Shown: positions 26,020 through 39,343 of the stretch, piece after piece | Numbering within the stretch: position 1 is the first letter of the stretch | How the letters are laid out: the number at the start of each line of letters is the position of its first letter | Source: Mobula hypostoma | Taxonomy: Eukaryota | Direction: 5' to 3' | DNA length: 64,000 nt | Assembly (NCBI RefSeq): GCF_963921235.1 | Contig: NC_086108.1 | Location: 23,188,001 to 23,252,000, forward strand | Notes under the pieces: generated by a model | The model's database searches: none | Told to the model about the DNA's origin: nothing | The model's input: only the letters and a program-made list of their open reading frames with translations | Made by a program: the position numbers and the translations under genes

Positions 26020-26515
26020 GCACTCAGTGGCCACTTTACTAGGTACACCTGTACACCTGCTTGCTAGTGCAAAATCTAATCATCCAGTTATGTAGCAACA
26101 ACTTAATTCATAAAAGCATACAGACGTGGTCAAGAGATTCATTTGTTGTTCAGAGCAAACTTCACAATTGGGTAGAAATGTTGACCATGGAGTGATTGTT
26201 GGTCCCATTCGGGGTGGTTTGAGTATCTCAGAAACTACTGATCTCCTGGGGTTTTCACACACAACAATGTCTGGAGTTTCAAGAGAATGGTGTGAAAACA
26301 AGATCACCAATGACTAACAGTTCTGTGGGAGAAAATGGCTTGTTAATGAGAGAGATCAGAGGAGAATGGCCAGACTGGCGCAAGCAGACAGGAGTGTGGA
26401 TGTAACTCAACTAGCCATACTTTCCAATAGTGGTGTGCAGAAGAGCGTCTCTGAATGCACAACACATCAAACAGCAGCAGGAGACCTCGAACATACACTC
26501 AGCGTTTATTAACAG
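26020..26515 (+). mobile_element. Tc1-like non-autonomous DNA transposon remnant
   Basis: Terminus cactcagtggccactttactaggtacacc. HTH peptide VIVGPIRGGLSISETTDLLGFSHTTMSGVSREW. Confidence 0.75.
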
Positions 26516-26870
26516 TGAGCAAGGCTGTTGAATTATCATTAGGGCCAAGTGAAATTGGAAGTAAGAACAGAAAATTCTGGAAACTCTCAGCAAGTCAGGT
26601 TGCAGCTGTGGAGGGAGAAACAGTAATGTTTCAGGTGAAAACCCTTCATCAAAGCTGGTCACAGGTTTGAAAAGCTAACTGTCTCTCTTTGAACAGATGC
26701 TGCCGGAATTGTTGAGTGTTTTCATTATTTTCTATTCTCCTTTTAGGCTTTTGGCATCTGCAAGTAATTTTCACTTTCATTTGGTTCACTAAAATCTGTT
26801 ACATAAAAAACCTTACTGTATTCCCTGGTCTGGGTAACTTTTACAGCAACTTGGATGGAAAAATTTAGAA

Positions 26871-26948
26871 AGAGGACCCCAATCTTTATTTATGCCGTGG
26901 ACCCCTACCATTAACAAAGGGTCCATGGACCCAGGTTGGGAACCCCTG
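26871..26948. mobile_element. ~78-bp hAT-type MITE
   Basis: Ends agaggaccccaatc / ggttgggaacccctg, flanked by atttagaa (26863-26870) and atttagag (26949-26956). Confidence 0.7.
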
Positions 26949-27242
26949 ATTTAGAGGGATTTGGCAGGCATATGGGACAAGCTTAGGTGGGCTTCTTGGT
27001 TGGCATGAATGGGTTGGGCTGAAAAGCCTGTTTCTGTGCTGTTTGACTCTATAATTCAACAAGTCAAGTTTATTGTCATATTTACAAGTATGATAAGCTA
27101 CAGGTAAACTGAAAAACTTATGTGCAACAACATCACAGGCACATAAATTCAGCCTGTTCTGGGGAATGGCCCCTAAGACATTAATGTTTAAAAGGGGGAG
27201 AAGCCATCACAGTGGACAATAAGGTGAGAAGTTTTCATAGCA

Positions 27243-29330
27243 CCATAACACTATAAAACACAGAAGCAGAATTAGGCCATTTGACCCATCAAGTCTATCC
27301 CACGAGTCTTTCCAGCCATTCGACCATATCTGACCTATTTTCCCTCCAACTCTATTCTCCTGCCTTCTCCTTGTAAATCTTAACGGGTTTATTAATCAAG
27401 AACTTATTAACCTTTGATTTAAATATACCCAAATGACTTGGCCTCTATAGCAGTCTGTGACAGTGAATTCCACAGATTCGCCACTCTCTCGCTGAAGAAA
27501 TTCCTTTTCACCTCTGTTCTAAAGGGATGTCCTTCTTTTCTGAAGCTGTGTCCTCTGGTCCTAGCTTCTGCTACAATTGGAAACATCCCCTCTACATCCA
27601 CTCTATCTGGACCTTTCAATATTCAGTAGGTTTCAATGAGATTCCCACTCACTCTTCTAAACTTCAACGAGTACAGGCCAAGAGCCATCAGATCTTACTC
27701 ATGCAGTAACCTTTTAATTTTTGGGATCATTCCTGTAAACATCCTTTGGACCCTGTCCAATGCCAGCACATCCTCTCTTAGACAAGAGAAAATCCGCAGA
27801 TGCTGGAAATCTGAGCAACACACACAAAATGCTGGAAGAACTCAGCAGGCCAGGCAGCATCTATGAAAAAGAGTAAAGTTGACGTTTTGGGCCAAGACTC
27901 TTCATCAGAGCTGGTTCTGATGAAGGATCTCGGCCTGAAACATTTACGGTTTACTCTTTTCCGCAGATGCAGCCTGGCTTGCTGAGTTCCTCTAGCATTT
28001 TGTGTGCATTGCTTTGTGCCTTTGTAGCTTGTCAAAAGCCTTCTGATAGGCCAAATAAACAAGATCCACTCACTCTCCTCTGTTTTTCCTGCCTGTTATT
28101 TCATCAAAGGATTCCAACAAGTTTGGCAGGTAATATTTTCCCTTAAGGAAATCATGCTGATTTCCACCTGTTTTATCATGTGCCACTCAGTAACCTGAAA
28201 CCTCATCTTTAATAATGGACTCCAACATCTTAGCACCCACTGGTCAGGTTAACTGGCGTATCATTTCTTGTCTTTTGCCTGCCTCCCTTCTTAAAGAATG
28301 ATGTGATAGTTTCAATTTTCCAGTCCTCTGGAGCCATATTAGAATCTAGTTTCTTGAAAGATCACGACTAATACCTCCACAATCTATTCAGCCACAGTTG
28401 CTTCATCCTCCCTTTAAAATGCTGCTACTTCTTTGGGTTGAACCAATTTTGCATCTTCTGAATTACTCCCAGAAATTTCAGCCATTGCTGCTCTGCCATC
28501 ATTCCCGCTAGTGTGCCCTTCCAATCAACTTTGACCAGCTCTTCTCTCATGATTCTGTAGTTACCTTTACTCCATGATAATACTGAAACATCTGATTTTA
28601 GCTTCTCCCTCTCAAGCTGCAAGGTAAATTCTATCATGTTATGATCATTGCCTCTTATGAGTTCCTTTACCTCAAGCTTCTGAATTCAATCTGGTTCATT
28701 AAACAACACCAAATCCAGAATTGTCTTTTCCCTGGTGGGCTAGAACACAAGGTACTCTAAAAAACTATCTCATAAACATTCTATGAATTCCTTCCCCTGG
28801 CATGCAGCAGCAACATAATTTTTCTAGTCTGCTTGCATATTGAAATTTCCCATGACCATCAAAACATTGCCCTTTTTACAGGCCTTTTCTATATCCTGTT
28901 GCAATCTGTACCCCACATCTTGGCTACTGTTCAGAGGCCTGTATATAATTCTCATTCGGGTCTTTTTACCCTCGCTGTTTCTTAACTCTACCCACAAAGG
29001 ATTCTGGATCGTCTGATCCTATATCACTTCTTTCACAGGATAAGATTTTATTTTTTACCAACAGAGCCACCCCACCCCCTCTGTTACCTGCCTGAACTTT
29101 CAATATTATATGCATCCTTGGATGCTTAACTCCCAGCTGTTATCTTCTTTCAACCATGACTCAGTGATGCCCACACATCATACTTGCCAATTTCTAACTG
29201 CGCTGTAAGTTCATCTACCTTATTTTGTATACCGTATGCATTGAGATATGGCACTTTATAGTCCGGCATTCACCTCTCTTCGTTTCACTCTTCTTTTCGT
29301 TTAAAGCCCTATCCACAGCCCTTGTTTGTA
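27243..29330 (-). mobile_element. Decayed CR1 LINE (endonuclease to 3' tail) with deletions and a nested fold-back insertion
   Basis: Colinear with the 5763-8480 copy. RTRGHSFRKEGHPFRTEVKRNFFSERVANLWNSL. Confidence 0.85.
27782..28013. mobile_element. Penelope-derived fold-back element with two divergent hammerhead cores
   Basis: Arms cacacaaaatgctggaagaactcagcaggccaggcagcatct / agatgcagcctggcttgctgagttcctctagcattttgtgtg. Cores TCATCAG at 27902-27908 and CTGATGA at 27917-27923. Confidence 0.85.
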
Positions 29331-30957
29331 ATCCCAGATCTTGGTTCCAGCAAAGTTTATGTTCCATTGGAACAGCTCCCTCCTTCCCCAATACTGGGGC
29401 CAATGTCTCACAAATTCAAGCCCACTTCTCCCACCCAGTTTTCCATCCACACATTCACACCCCAACAATGAAAGGAAAGGAAGATGCTGTTGGCTAACAT
29501 CCGATAAGATGAAGGAAAATTTTTAAAAAAGTGGATATTGGAAATCTGAAACAAAAACAGAAAATGCTGGACACAACTGAATGTCATCAGCATCAGTGGA
29601 ACCGTAATTGATGTGAAATGTTGCCTGACCTACTGAGTGTTTCCAGCACTTTCTGTTTTTACTTCTGACGCAGTAGATTGTATAATTATGACTGTAGTGA
29701 AAGAGTGTAGTTGTAGCCACAAGTGACAGCAGGTGTTGGAATCCAGAGTAAAACACCAATAGCTGGACGAACTCAGTGTTGGGCAGTGTCTGTGGGGCAG
29801 AAGGAATCATCATTTTTCTCGACCCAAAATATCTACAATTCCTTTTGCCCCACAGATACTGCTTGACCTACTGAGTTCCGTCAGCAGTTTACTTTTTGGT
29901 GTAGTTTGCATTTGGACCAGTTACATGTTGGCATTGAGAGAAGGATGCACTGTACAATTTGGTTATACCCTTAGATCTGCACAAACTGTGCGTCACCTAC
30001 TGGTTGGCGTGTTTCTGTGCATGTTGTAATAATACTAGTGAGAATTGCGAGCAAGTTCAAATAAAACTCTGGGTTGCCTCATCTCAGGCCAATTGAAAAC
30101 ACATTTTCTGGCTTGGCTCTTACTGTGGTATTGGTTTCCAGACAATGTCAACCTCGATTGTAGTAAGTTTTCCCTGAAACTGTTTTGTAAACACACAGGA
30201 GGCCTTGGGAACACTTTGTTATGTTTGCATAATTGACCACAGAGGACCAGATCTTCAGTTGTTTATACTAAAAGCCTGGAACTGCCAGCTTCATTTGTAT
30301 CTTTAGGGAATGACCTGCTAATGTATGTCCCTGTGGAGAACTCCCATTCAAAGGCTGTTATATTTATGACTCTCTTTTATTACTTCTGTTGATATCTCCT
30401 GTTTAAAGGGAAACCCTAGCTAAAACATCAAATTGAGAAAAGCTCCACTGTTTTTTTAATGAAAATGAATGAAGGGGCAATACCTGCAATGCAGGAAGGA
30501 TCAGGCAGGAACTGGAAGATCTGTTACACCTCCAATGTAGCTTTGAAGGCTGTAAGATGTATCTGCATACAAACACACAAAAGAGCAAGAACCTGCATTT
30601 GTATATTGTCAGTCACATCCTCTTGACATCTGAAATTAATTTTTAGTGAATGATGTACTTTAGTCTCAGAGTCACAGAGAAATACACAACAGAAACAGGC
30701 CCTTCAGTCCACTAACTAACCTTCAAACATCCACGGACACTAATCCTACATTATTGCCAAGTTTTTATTCTCCCCACATTTTCAATATTTTCAATTGCTC
30801 CTACCTACCCCCACAAACCCCAAACACATTCAACCACTCACCTACTGTACACACTGGGGGCAACTTACTGTGGCCACTTAACCTATAAAGCTGTAGGTCT
30901 TTGGGATGTGTATGGAAACTGAAACACTTGGTGGAAACTCCATGCGGTTAATGCCCA

Positions 30958-32142
30958 GGGTGGATGGACAAAGGAGAGGCATTTACTTGGATTTTCAGAA
31001 GGCGTTTGATAGGGTGCTGCACATGAGGCTGCTTAACAAGATAAAATCCTATGTCGTTACAGGAAAGATACTGACATGGATAGAGGAATGGCTGACAGGC
31101 AGGAGGTAGTGAGTGGGAATAAAAGGAACCTTTTCTGGTTAGCTGCCAGTGACGTGTGGTGTTCCTCAGGGGTCACTATTGGGATTGCTACTTTCATATT
31201 GTTTGTCAATGATTTGGATAATGGAATTGATGGCTTTGTGGCAAAGTTTGTGGATAATACAAAGATAGGTGGAGGGGTAGGTAGAGCTGAGGAAGCAATG
31301 TGATTGCAGCAGGACTTATAGAAATTGGAAGAATGGGCAAAAGAGTGACAGATAGAATACAGAGTTGGGAAATGTACGATAATGCATTTTGGTAAAAGGA
31401 ACAATAGTGTGGACCGTTATCTAAATGGGGAGAAGGTTCAAACATCAGAGGTGCAGAGGGACTTGGGAGTCCTCATGCAAGACTCCCAGAAGGTTAATTT
31501 ACAGGTTGAGTCAGTGGTAAAGAAGGCAAATGCAATGTTGGCATTTATTTCAAGGGGAATAGAATATAAAAGCAAGGAGATAATGCTGAAGCTTTATAAC
31601 ACGCTAGTCAGGTGGCATTTGGAGTATTATCAGCAGTTTTGGGCTCCTTATCTCAGAAAGGATGTGTTGTCATTGGAGAGAGTCCAGAGGAGGTTCACAA
31701 GGATGATTCCGGGAATGAAGGGGTTAACATGAGGAGCATTTGGCAGCTTTGGACCTGTACTCACTGGAATTTAGAAGAATGTTGGGGGGAGGTTGGGTAG
31801 GGGAGGACCTTGTTGAAACCTAGTGAATGCTGAAAGGACTAGATAGGGTGGATGTGGAGAGGATGTTTCCGATGGTGGGGTATCCAGAACTAGAGGGCAT
31901 AGCCTCAAAATTGGGTGGCAACATTTTAGAACAGAGGTAAGGAGGAATTTGTTTAGCCGGAGCATAGTGAATCTGTGATGGAGGCCAAGTCTGTGGGTAT
32001 ATTTAAGGCAGAATTTGATTGTTTCCTGATCGATCAGGGCATCAAAGGATATGGCAAGAAGGCAGATGTAAGGGGTTGAGTGGGATCTGGGATCAGCCAT
32101 GATGGAATGGTCTAATTCTGCTCCGATGTCTTATTGTCTAAG
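30958..32142 (+). mobile_element. 5'-truncated decayed CR1 LINE (RT and 3' tail)
   Basis: IYLDFQKAFDRV, VAKFVDNTKIGG, MHFGKRN...LERVQRRFTRMIPG. Confidence 0.9.
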
Positions 32143-32689
32143 GTCATTATTCAACCTGGGTCAGTACTGGTGCTGGGAGGGAGCAACTGTAATAGCTGTA
32201 CCAACATCCTGCCATTTTGAATTGTTGTTACCAGTGTAATTTAGGACATGAAGCTTCTCAAAGTGAATGACCACAAAAGAATGTGATTATGACCAGCCTG
32301 TTTTTGTGATCGTCCTCAACACTGAGGAGAATTCTTCAGCTCTTCAAAATCTATCTGAGGAGTCTGCACTTCCTGAGGTGTATCAGAGCTTTAGGACTGT
32401 ACTGCATTGTCAGGCTGGAGAAGGTGCTCAGCTCAGAACCTCTTAACTCAGATGGGAATGCCACACTGAACCAGGCCCCATTTTCGACCAGATGAGTCTA
32501 GTTTACAGTATTCAGTTCTCTGTGGGAAGTTTTGCTGCTGATTTGACCTGCAACCAAGCTTCCTCCTGAGATTTTGAATGAAGGGCTTGAACTTGGTTCA
32601 AAATGTGAAAGTGGTCAGCCATTGGTTAGCATCCCAGATTGGCAAGATATCTGTATCTCTGTATCTGGTTCAAGCAACGTAATTTATTT

Positions 32690-32970
32690 TTTATTTATTT
32701 TCTGTGGCACAGCATGGAATACCCCCTTCATGCCACGCCATTTAGCAATCCCTCAATTTAATCCTAGCCTAATCACGGGACAATTTATAATGCCCAATTG
32801 ACCAGCAACCAGTACGTCTTTGGACTGTGGGAGGAAACCAGAGCATGTGTAGGAAAACCAGGAAGTAATGGGGAGAACGTACAAGTTCCTTCCAGGCAGC
32901 GGTGGGAATTGAAGTCCAGTTACTGGTTCTGTAAAGCATTGTGCTAACCACTACACTGTCGAGCTGCCCT
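32690..32970 (-). mobile_element. tRNA-derived V-SINE-like element
   Basis: gtacgtctttggactgtgggaggaaaccagagca...gggaattgaagtcc...gtgctaaccactacac. A related plus-strand piece lies at about 41590-41770. Confidence 0.7.
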
Positions 32971-33740
32971 GGTAGTGAATCAGTCTATTCATTGGCACCA
33001 ACCTAACAAAGTATTTGCACATAGTGCAAAATAATCTGTGGCCATATCTTTTCATTGCTGACCCGTGATAAACTGCCCATATTAACATAATGCAGGTGTC
33101 CTAGGGCCAGATTGCTGTAGGCCTTTTGCAGTATGAGGCCTATGGGTCAGAAGAAGCCCATGTCCATGAAGATCTTGAAATTATTTGACAGCTGTCAAAA
33201 AAGCTGAATATTTTTCACATTCAGGTACGTTAAAACATTTCTCAAATCTGTTAAAAAGAAATTACCTATTTTAATTCTTTTTAATAGGACACAAAAATAC
33301 ACGAAGCTGCTTGTTACTTGTAGGTTTTAAAAAGGATTTCAAAAAGGGCAGAATTAATTAAAATTTGCTCTGTTGCGCCTAAAATGCTACCAGTGAACAA
33401 GACCTCCTTTTAAGTGAATATTCAATAGAGATGCTTCATTGGATCCAACCTGCGATGAGTTATGGACTGATTCCTTGGCTGGTGGGTGAAACCATTTCAC
33501 TGCAAAGCTGAGGCCCATAAAATGTGAAAGAATTGGGTTGAGGATTCAGTTGGAATCAAGTGTTTCTAACTAAATCTATTGCTTGTCATTACACATCCAC
33601 CAATGCACTGCAGTGACTGGAAGAGAAATTGAGGAATAATCATCTTGCTCTCCCCGCAGGTGGCTTCTCTGCTGGGAATTCTGGATGACTGAAATTATTT
33701 GGTCACTTTTACTGTGTAGGCAAACAATGCCTGAAGTCAT

Positions 33741-34664
33741 ACATAGAAACATAGAAACATAGAAAATAGGTGCAGGAGTAGGCCATTCGGCCCTTTGAGC
33801 CTGCACCGCCATTTATTATGATCATGGCTGATCATCCAACTCAGAACCCAGCCTTCCCTCCATACCCCCTGACCCCTGTAGCCACAAGGGCCATATCTAA
33901 CTTCCTTTTAAACATAGCTAATGAACTGGCCTCAACAGTTTGCTGTGGCAGAGAATTCCACAGATTCACCACTCTCTGTGTGAAGAAGTTTTTCCTAACC
34001 TCGGTCCTAAAAGGCTTCCCCTCTATCCTCAAACTGTGACCCCTCGTTCTAGACCTCCCCAACATCGGGAACAATCTTCCCGCATCTAGCCTGTCCAATC
34101 CCTTTAGGATCTTATACGTTTCAATCAGATCCCCCCTCAATCTTCTAAATTCCAACGAGTACAAGCCCAGTTCATCCAGTCTTTCTTCATATGAAAGACC
34201 TGCCATCCCAGGAATCAATCTGGTGAACCTTCTTTGTACTCCCTCTATGGCAAAGATGTCTTTCCTCAGATTAGGGGACCAAAACTGCACACAATACTCC
34301 AAGTGTGGTCTCACCAAGGCCTTGTACAACTGCAGTAGTACCTCCCTGCTCCTGTACTCGAATCCTCTCGCTATAAATGCCAGCATACCGTTCGCCTTTT
34401 TCACCGCCTGCTGTACCTGCATGCCCACTTTCAATGACTGGTGTATAATGACACCCAGGTCTCGTTGCACCTCCCCTTTTCCTAATCGGCCACCATTCAG
34501 ATAATAATCTGTTTTCCTATTTTTGCCACCAAAGTGGATAACTTCACATTTATCCACATTAAGTTGCATCTGCCATGAGTTTGCCCACTCACCCAACCTA
34601 TCCAAGTCACCCTGCATCTTCTTAGCATCCTCCTCACTGCTAACACTGCCACCCAGCTTTGTGT
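33741..34664 (-). mobile_element. Young 5'-truncated CR1 LINE with uninterrupted ORF2 C-terminus
   Basis: The 258-aa ORF 33841-34617 is intact. The 3' tail is made of (TTTCTATG)n octamers. Confidence 0.95.
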
Positions 34665-35029
34665 GGCTTTGGACATTTGATTCAGTGACTCAGAGCCAAC
34701 CATAAAATCAAATGTGGGTCTCCACAGGCCTTTGAAGCCAAAAATCATTTCTGCTTTGATCTGATCCCTTCACTTCAATATACAATTGCTGGTCAAATAT
34801 TATTACTTTGACCTACTACTGTTCTGCAGAATATACTATCACAGAATGACTGAAGACATTGAGGATTTGGCACAGAAGGTGACTTAAAGCCACAGCAGAT
34901 CAGTAGGAAAGTTTGTGGGCCAGAAGGTCTATTTATTTTCTTATATGTTCTGGTATGATACAGCAGAGAAAGAAACCACTTGGTCAATACAGAGTCAAAA
35001 AGCGTGGAAATGAAGACCTGCAGCCCAAT

Positions 35030-35318
35030 AAGTCAGTGCTGACCATCAAGCATCCAGTTACACTATTCCTGTTTTATTTTTACCACCGTCCCTTCATCTC
35101 CTTCACATTCTATCACTGTTCTGTGTATTTGGGACAATTTTCAAGTAGCCAATCCACTGCCAACCTGCATACCTTTGGGATGAGAGATGAAAATGGAGCA
35201 TGTGGAGGTTGCAGTGAGAATGTGCAAACTCCACACTGATTGCTCCTGGGGTCAATATTGAACCCATGTCTTTGAAGCTGTGAGGAATGGCTCAACTAGC
35301 TGGGTCACTGTGCCATCC
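35030..35318 (-). mobile_element. HE1/V-SINE-like SINE
   Basis: gagaatgtgcaaactccacactga...attgaacccatgtctttgaagctgtgagg. Confidence 0.65.
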
Positions 35319-35417
35319 ACCAACATAGCCAGCATTGAACACATTATTAAATTGGCCTCATTACCCTAATTTTGACCCTTAGCCCTGAAAAGTTCTCACT
35401 TTAAATAAATTATCTAA

Positions 35418-35805
35418 AGCAACACACACAAAACGCTGAACGAACACAACAGTTCAAGCAGCATCTATGGAAAAGTGTAAACGGTCAATGTTTCTAGCCA
35501 AGACCCTTCTTCAGGACTGAGAAGGAAGGGGGAGATGCCAGAATAAAAAATGTGGGGGGAATGGAAGGAGGCGAGCTGGAAGGTGAAAGGTGAAACCAGG
35601 TATGTGGGAAAGGTCAAGCGCCAGAGAAGAAGGAATCTGATAGGAGAGGAGAGTGGACAATAGGAGAAAGGGAAGGAGCAGAGGACCCAAGGGAAAGTAA
35701 TAGGCAGGCACGAAGAAGTAAAAGGTGAGAGTGGGGAATTTGGGGGGGGGGGGTGATTTGTTCGCCAGAAGGAAAAATCAGTATTCATGCTATTAGGTTG
35801 GAGAA
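35418..35805 (-). mobile_element. Penelope-like 3' end with hammerhead-like motif
   Basis: The minus strand reads MNTDFSF (compare MNIEFSNFR), a pyrimidine-rich UTR, then agtcctgaagaagggtcttggctagaaacattgacc. Confidence 0.85.
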
Positions 35806-36460
35806 TGACCTAATTGCCTTTTGAGAGGAGCAAGTGAATTTCCTCCACTTTCCTGTCAGATGATGTTTTCCTGGCCATGATACATAGAACACAGAGTACA
35901 GAATACTGACAGGCTCTTTGGCCCACCATGATGCCAGATTAATCTAAACCTGTTTGCATGCATATGATCTATACTCCTCTGTTCCATGCACGCTTATGTG
36001 CCTCTCTAAGTGCCTCTTAAATGCCACTATTGTACAGTCCCTGGTTCCATCACCACCCTTGGCAGTGCCTTCCGGGCACCTACCACTCAAGTATAAAAAA
36101 ACTTAGAAAAGCACATATGTAAATTTTCTTCCTCTAGCCTTCAAGCTATGTCCTCTAGTATTTGACAATTCTGTCCTGGTTTAAGGACTCTCACTATTTC
36201 ACCTATCTATGTCCGTCTTAATTTTACAAACTTCTGAGTTCTGCTCTCAGCCTCCAACTGAGAAAACAATCTTGTTTTGCTGAATCTCTTCTATGAGTGA
36301 AACATTTCGAATCCAGGCAGCATCCTGGTGAGTCTTTTCTGCACCCTTACTTAAGCCTCCACATTTTTCCTGTAATAGAGTGAACAAAACTGCTCACAAT
36401 AGTCCAAGTGCAGCTTACTAAAGTTATATACATCTGTAACATGGCTTGCTGACTCTTATA

Positions 36461-39343
36461 CAGACAGACAAACATACTTTATTGATCCCGAGGGAAATTG
36501 AGTTTCATTACAGTTGCACAAACCAAGAATAGAGTATAAATATAGTAATATAAAACCAAATATAATTAAATAATAATATGTAAATTATGCCAGATGGAAA
36601 CAAGTCCAGGACCAGCCTAGTGGCTCAGGGTGTCTGACCCTCCAAGGGAGGAGTTGTAAAGTTTGATAGCCAAAGGCAGGAATGACTTCCTATGATGCTC
36701 AGTGTTGCATCTCAGTGGAATGAGTCTCTGGCTGAATGTACTCCTGTGCCCACCCAGTACATTATGTAGTGGTTGGGAGACATTGTCCAAGATGGCATGC
36801 AACTTGGACAGCATCCTCTTGTCAGACACTACCATCAGAGAGTCCAGTTACATCCCCACAACATCACTGGCCTTACGAATGAGTTTGTTGATTCTGTTGG
36901 TGTCTGCTACCCTCAGCCTGCTGCCCCAGCACACAACCGCAAACATGATAGCACTGGCCACCACAGACTCGTAGAACATCCTCAGCATCGTCCGACAGAT
37001 GTTAAAGGACCTCAGTCTCCTCAGGAAATAGAGATGGCTCTGACCCTTCTTGTAGACAGCCTCAGTGTATTTTGACCAGTCCAGTTTGTTGTCAATTCGT
37101 ATCCCCAGGTATTTGTAATCCTCCACCATGTCCACACTGACCCCCTGGATGGAAACTGGGGTCAGCGGTGCCTTAGCCCTCCTCAGGTCCACCATCAGCT
37201 CCTTAGTCTTTTTCACATTAAGCTGCAGATAATTCTGCTCACACCATGTGACAAAGTTTCCTACTGTAGCCCTGTACGCAGCCTCATCTCCCTTGTTGGT
37301 GCATCCAACTATGGCAGAGTCATCAGCAAACTTCTGAAGATGACAAGACTCTGTGCAGTAGTTGAAGTCCGAGGTGTAGATGATGAAGAGAAAGGGAGAC
37401 AAGACAGTCCCCTGTGGAGCCCCAGTGCCGCTGATCACTCTGTCTGACACACAGTGTTGCAAGCACACGTACTGTGGTCTGCCAGTCAGGTAATCAAGAA
37501 TCCATGACACCAGGAAAGCATCCACCTGCATCGCTGTCAGCTTCTCCCCCAGCTGAGCAGGGTGGATGGTGTTGAACGCACTGGAGAAGTCAAAAAACAT
37601 GACCCTCATAGTGCTCGCTGACTTGTCCAGGTGGGCGTAGACACGGTTCAGCAGGAAGACGAAGGCATCCTGAACTCCTAGTCGGGGCTGGTAGGTGAAC
37701 TGGAGGGGGTCTAAGTGTGGCCTGACCATAGGCTGGAGCAGCTCCAGAACAAGTTTCTCCAGGGTCTACATGATGTGGGAGGTCAATGCCACTGGTCTGT
37801 AGTCATTGAGGCCGCTGGGGTGCTGCGTCTTTGGCACAGGGACGAGGCAGGACGTCTTCCACAGCACAGGAACCCTCTGGAGCCTCAGGCTCAGGTTGAA
37901 GACATGGTGAAGTACTCCACATAGCTGGGGGGCACAGGCTTTGAGCACCCTGGTGCTGACACCATCCGGGCCTTCAGCCTTGCTTGGGTGGAGATGTTTC
38001 AACTGTCTTCTCACCTATTCAGCTGTGAAGCCCACCATGGTGGTTTCATGTGGGGAAGGGGTGTAGTCATGAGAGCAGGGTGGGGGGCTGTGAGGAGGGG
38101 TAGGAGGGGAGAGTGGAGTATGTGTTGGTTTGGGGCCAACAACAGATGAATCATGTGGGGGATGGGCAGGGGCCACAATGTCAAATCTGTTTAAGAACAG
38201 GTTAAGTTCGTTGGCCCTGTCCACACTGCCTTCAACTCCTCTGTTGTTAGTTGGCCGGAACCCAGTGATGGTCCTCATCCCACTCCAGACCTCTCTCATG
38301 TTGTTCTGCTGGAGTTTCCACTCAAGCTTCCTCCTGTACCTGTCTTTAGCCTCTCTGATCCTGGCTTTCAGGTCCTTCTGTATTGTCCTCAGCTTCTCCC
38401 TATTTCCATCTCTAAACGCCCTCTTTTTAGCATTCAGGATGTCCTTAATGTCCTTTGTCACTGATGGCTTGTTATTTGAATAACGAAGGACACTTCTTGC
38501 CGGAACATTACAGTCCACACAGAAGTTGATGTAACCAGTGATGCACTCTGTGAGCCCATGAATATCCTCTCCATGTGGCTCACAGAGTGCCTGGCAGTCT
38601 GTCACCTCAAAACAACCCTGAAGCACCTCATAAGCCTCCTCCGACCATTTCTTCACTGTCCTCGAGGTTGCAAGTTTACTCTTCACCAGAGGCACGTAGC
38701 ATGGTTTGAGATGCACCAGGTTGTGATCTCACCTTCCCAATGGGGGGAGGGGAGAGGAACTGTATGCATCCTTAACGTTAGTGTACATCAAGTCCAGAGT
38801 CCTCTCCCCTCTGGTTGTAGAGCTCACATACTGTGTGAAGTTGGGCAGTGTTCTCGCCGTGGTAACATGGTTGAAGTCACCCAAGATGGTAATGAGGGCA
38901 CTCGGGTGCTGGGTTTGTAATCTGGCTATGACGGTGTAAATGATTTTACATGCCGATATCGTGTTGGCAGAGGGAGGGATGTACACAACAACAACAACTG
39001 CATGCGAGATTTCCCTTGGCAAATAATATGGCCGGAGTCCAACAGCAAAAAGTTCAATATCTGGGCTACAACCACGTTCCTTGATCGTAATATGACCAGG
39101 ATTGCACCAACTGTTGTTAACCAGAACAGCAAACCCCCCTCCTTTACGCTTACTGCTCTCAGTGCAATTCCAGTCAGCCCGAACGGTCTGGAAGCCCTCT
39201 ATGGAAACGTTTTGGTCGGGTATGTCCTCATGCAGCCACGTTTCAGTAAAACACATAACATTGCTCTCCCGAAATGTTCTCTGACTCCTGGCTAGTGCCG
39301 TCAACTCGTCCATTTTTTTAGCCAGCGATCTCACATTGCCCAT
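36461..39343 (-). mobile_element. Near-full-length Rex1/Babar-type LINE (endonuclease + RT), nested in an older CR1 remnant (about 35880-39680)
   Basis: GNVRSL...CFTETWL...GDFNH...TLDL, then KAEGPDGV, DYRPVALTS, FFDFSSAFNTI, PQGTVLSPFLF, FADD. Few stops or frameshifts. 3' end aataaagtatg(tctg)n. The host CR1 continues across the insertion. Confidence 0.93.
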
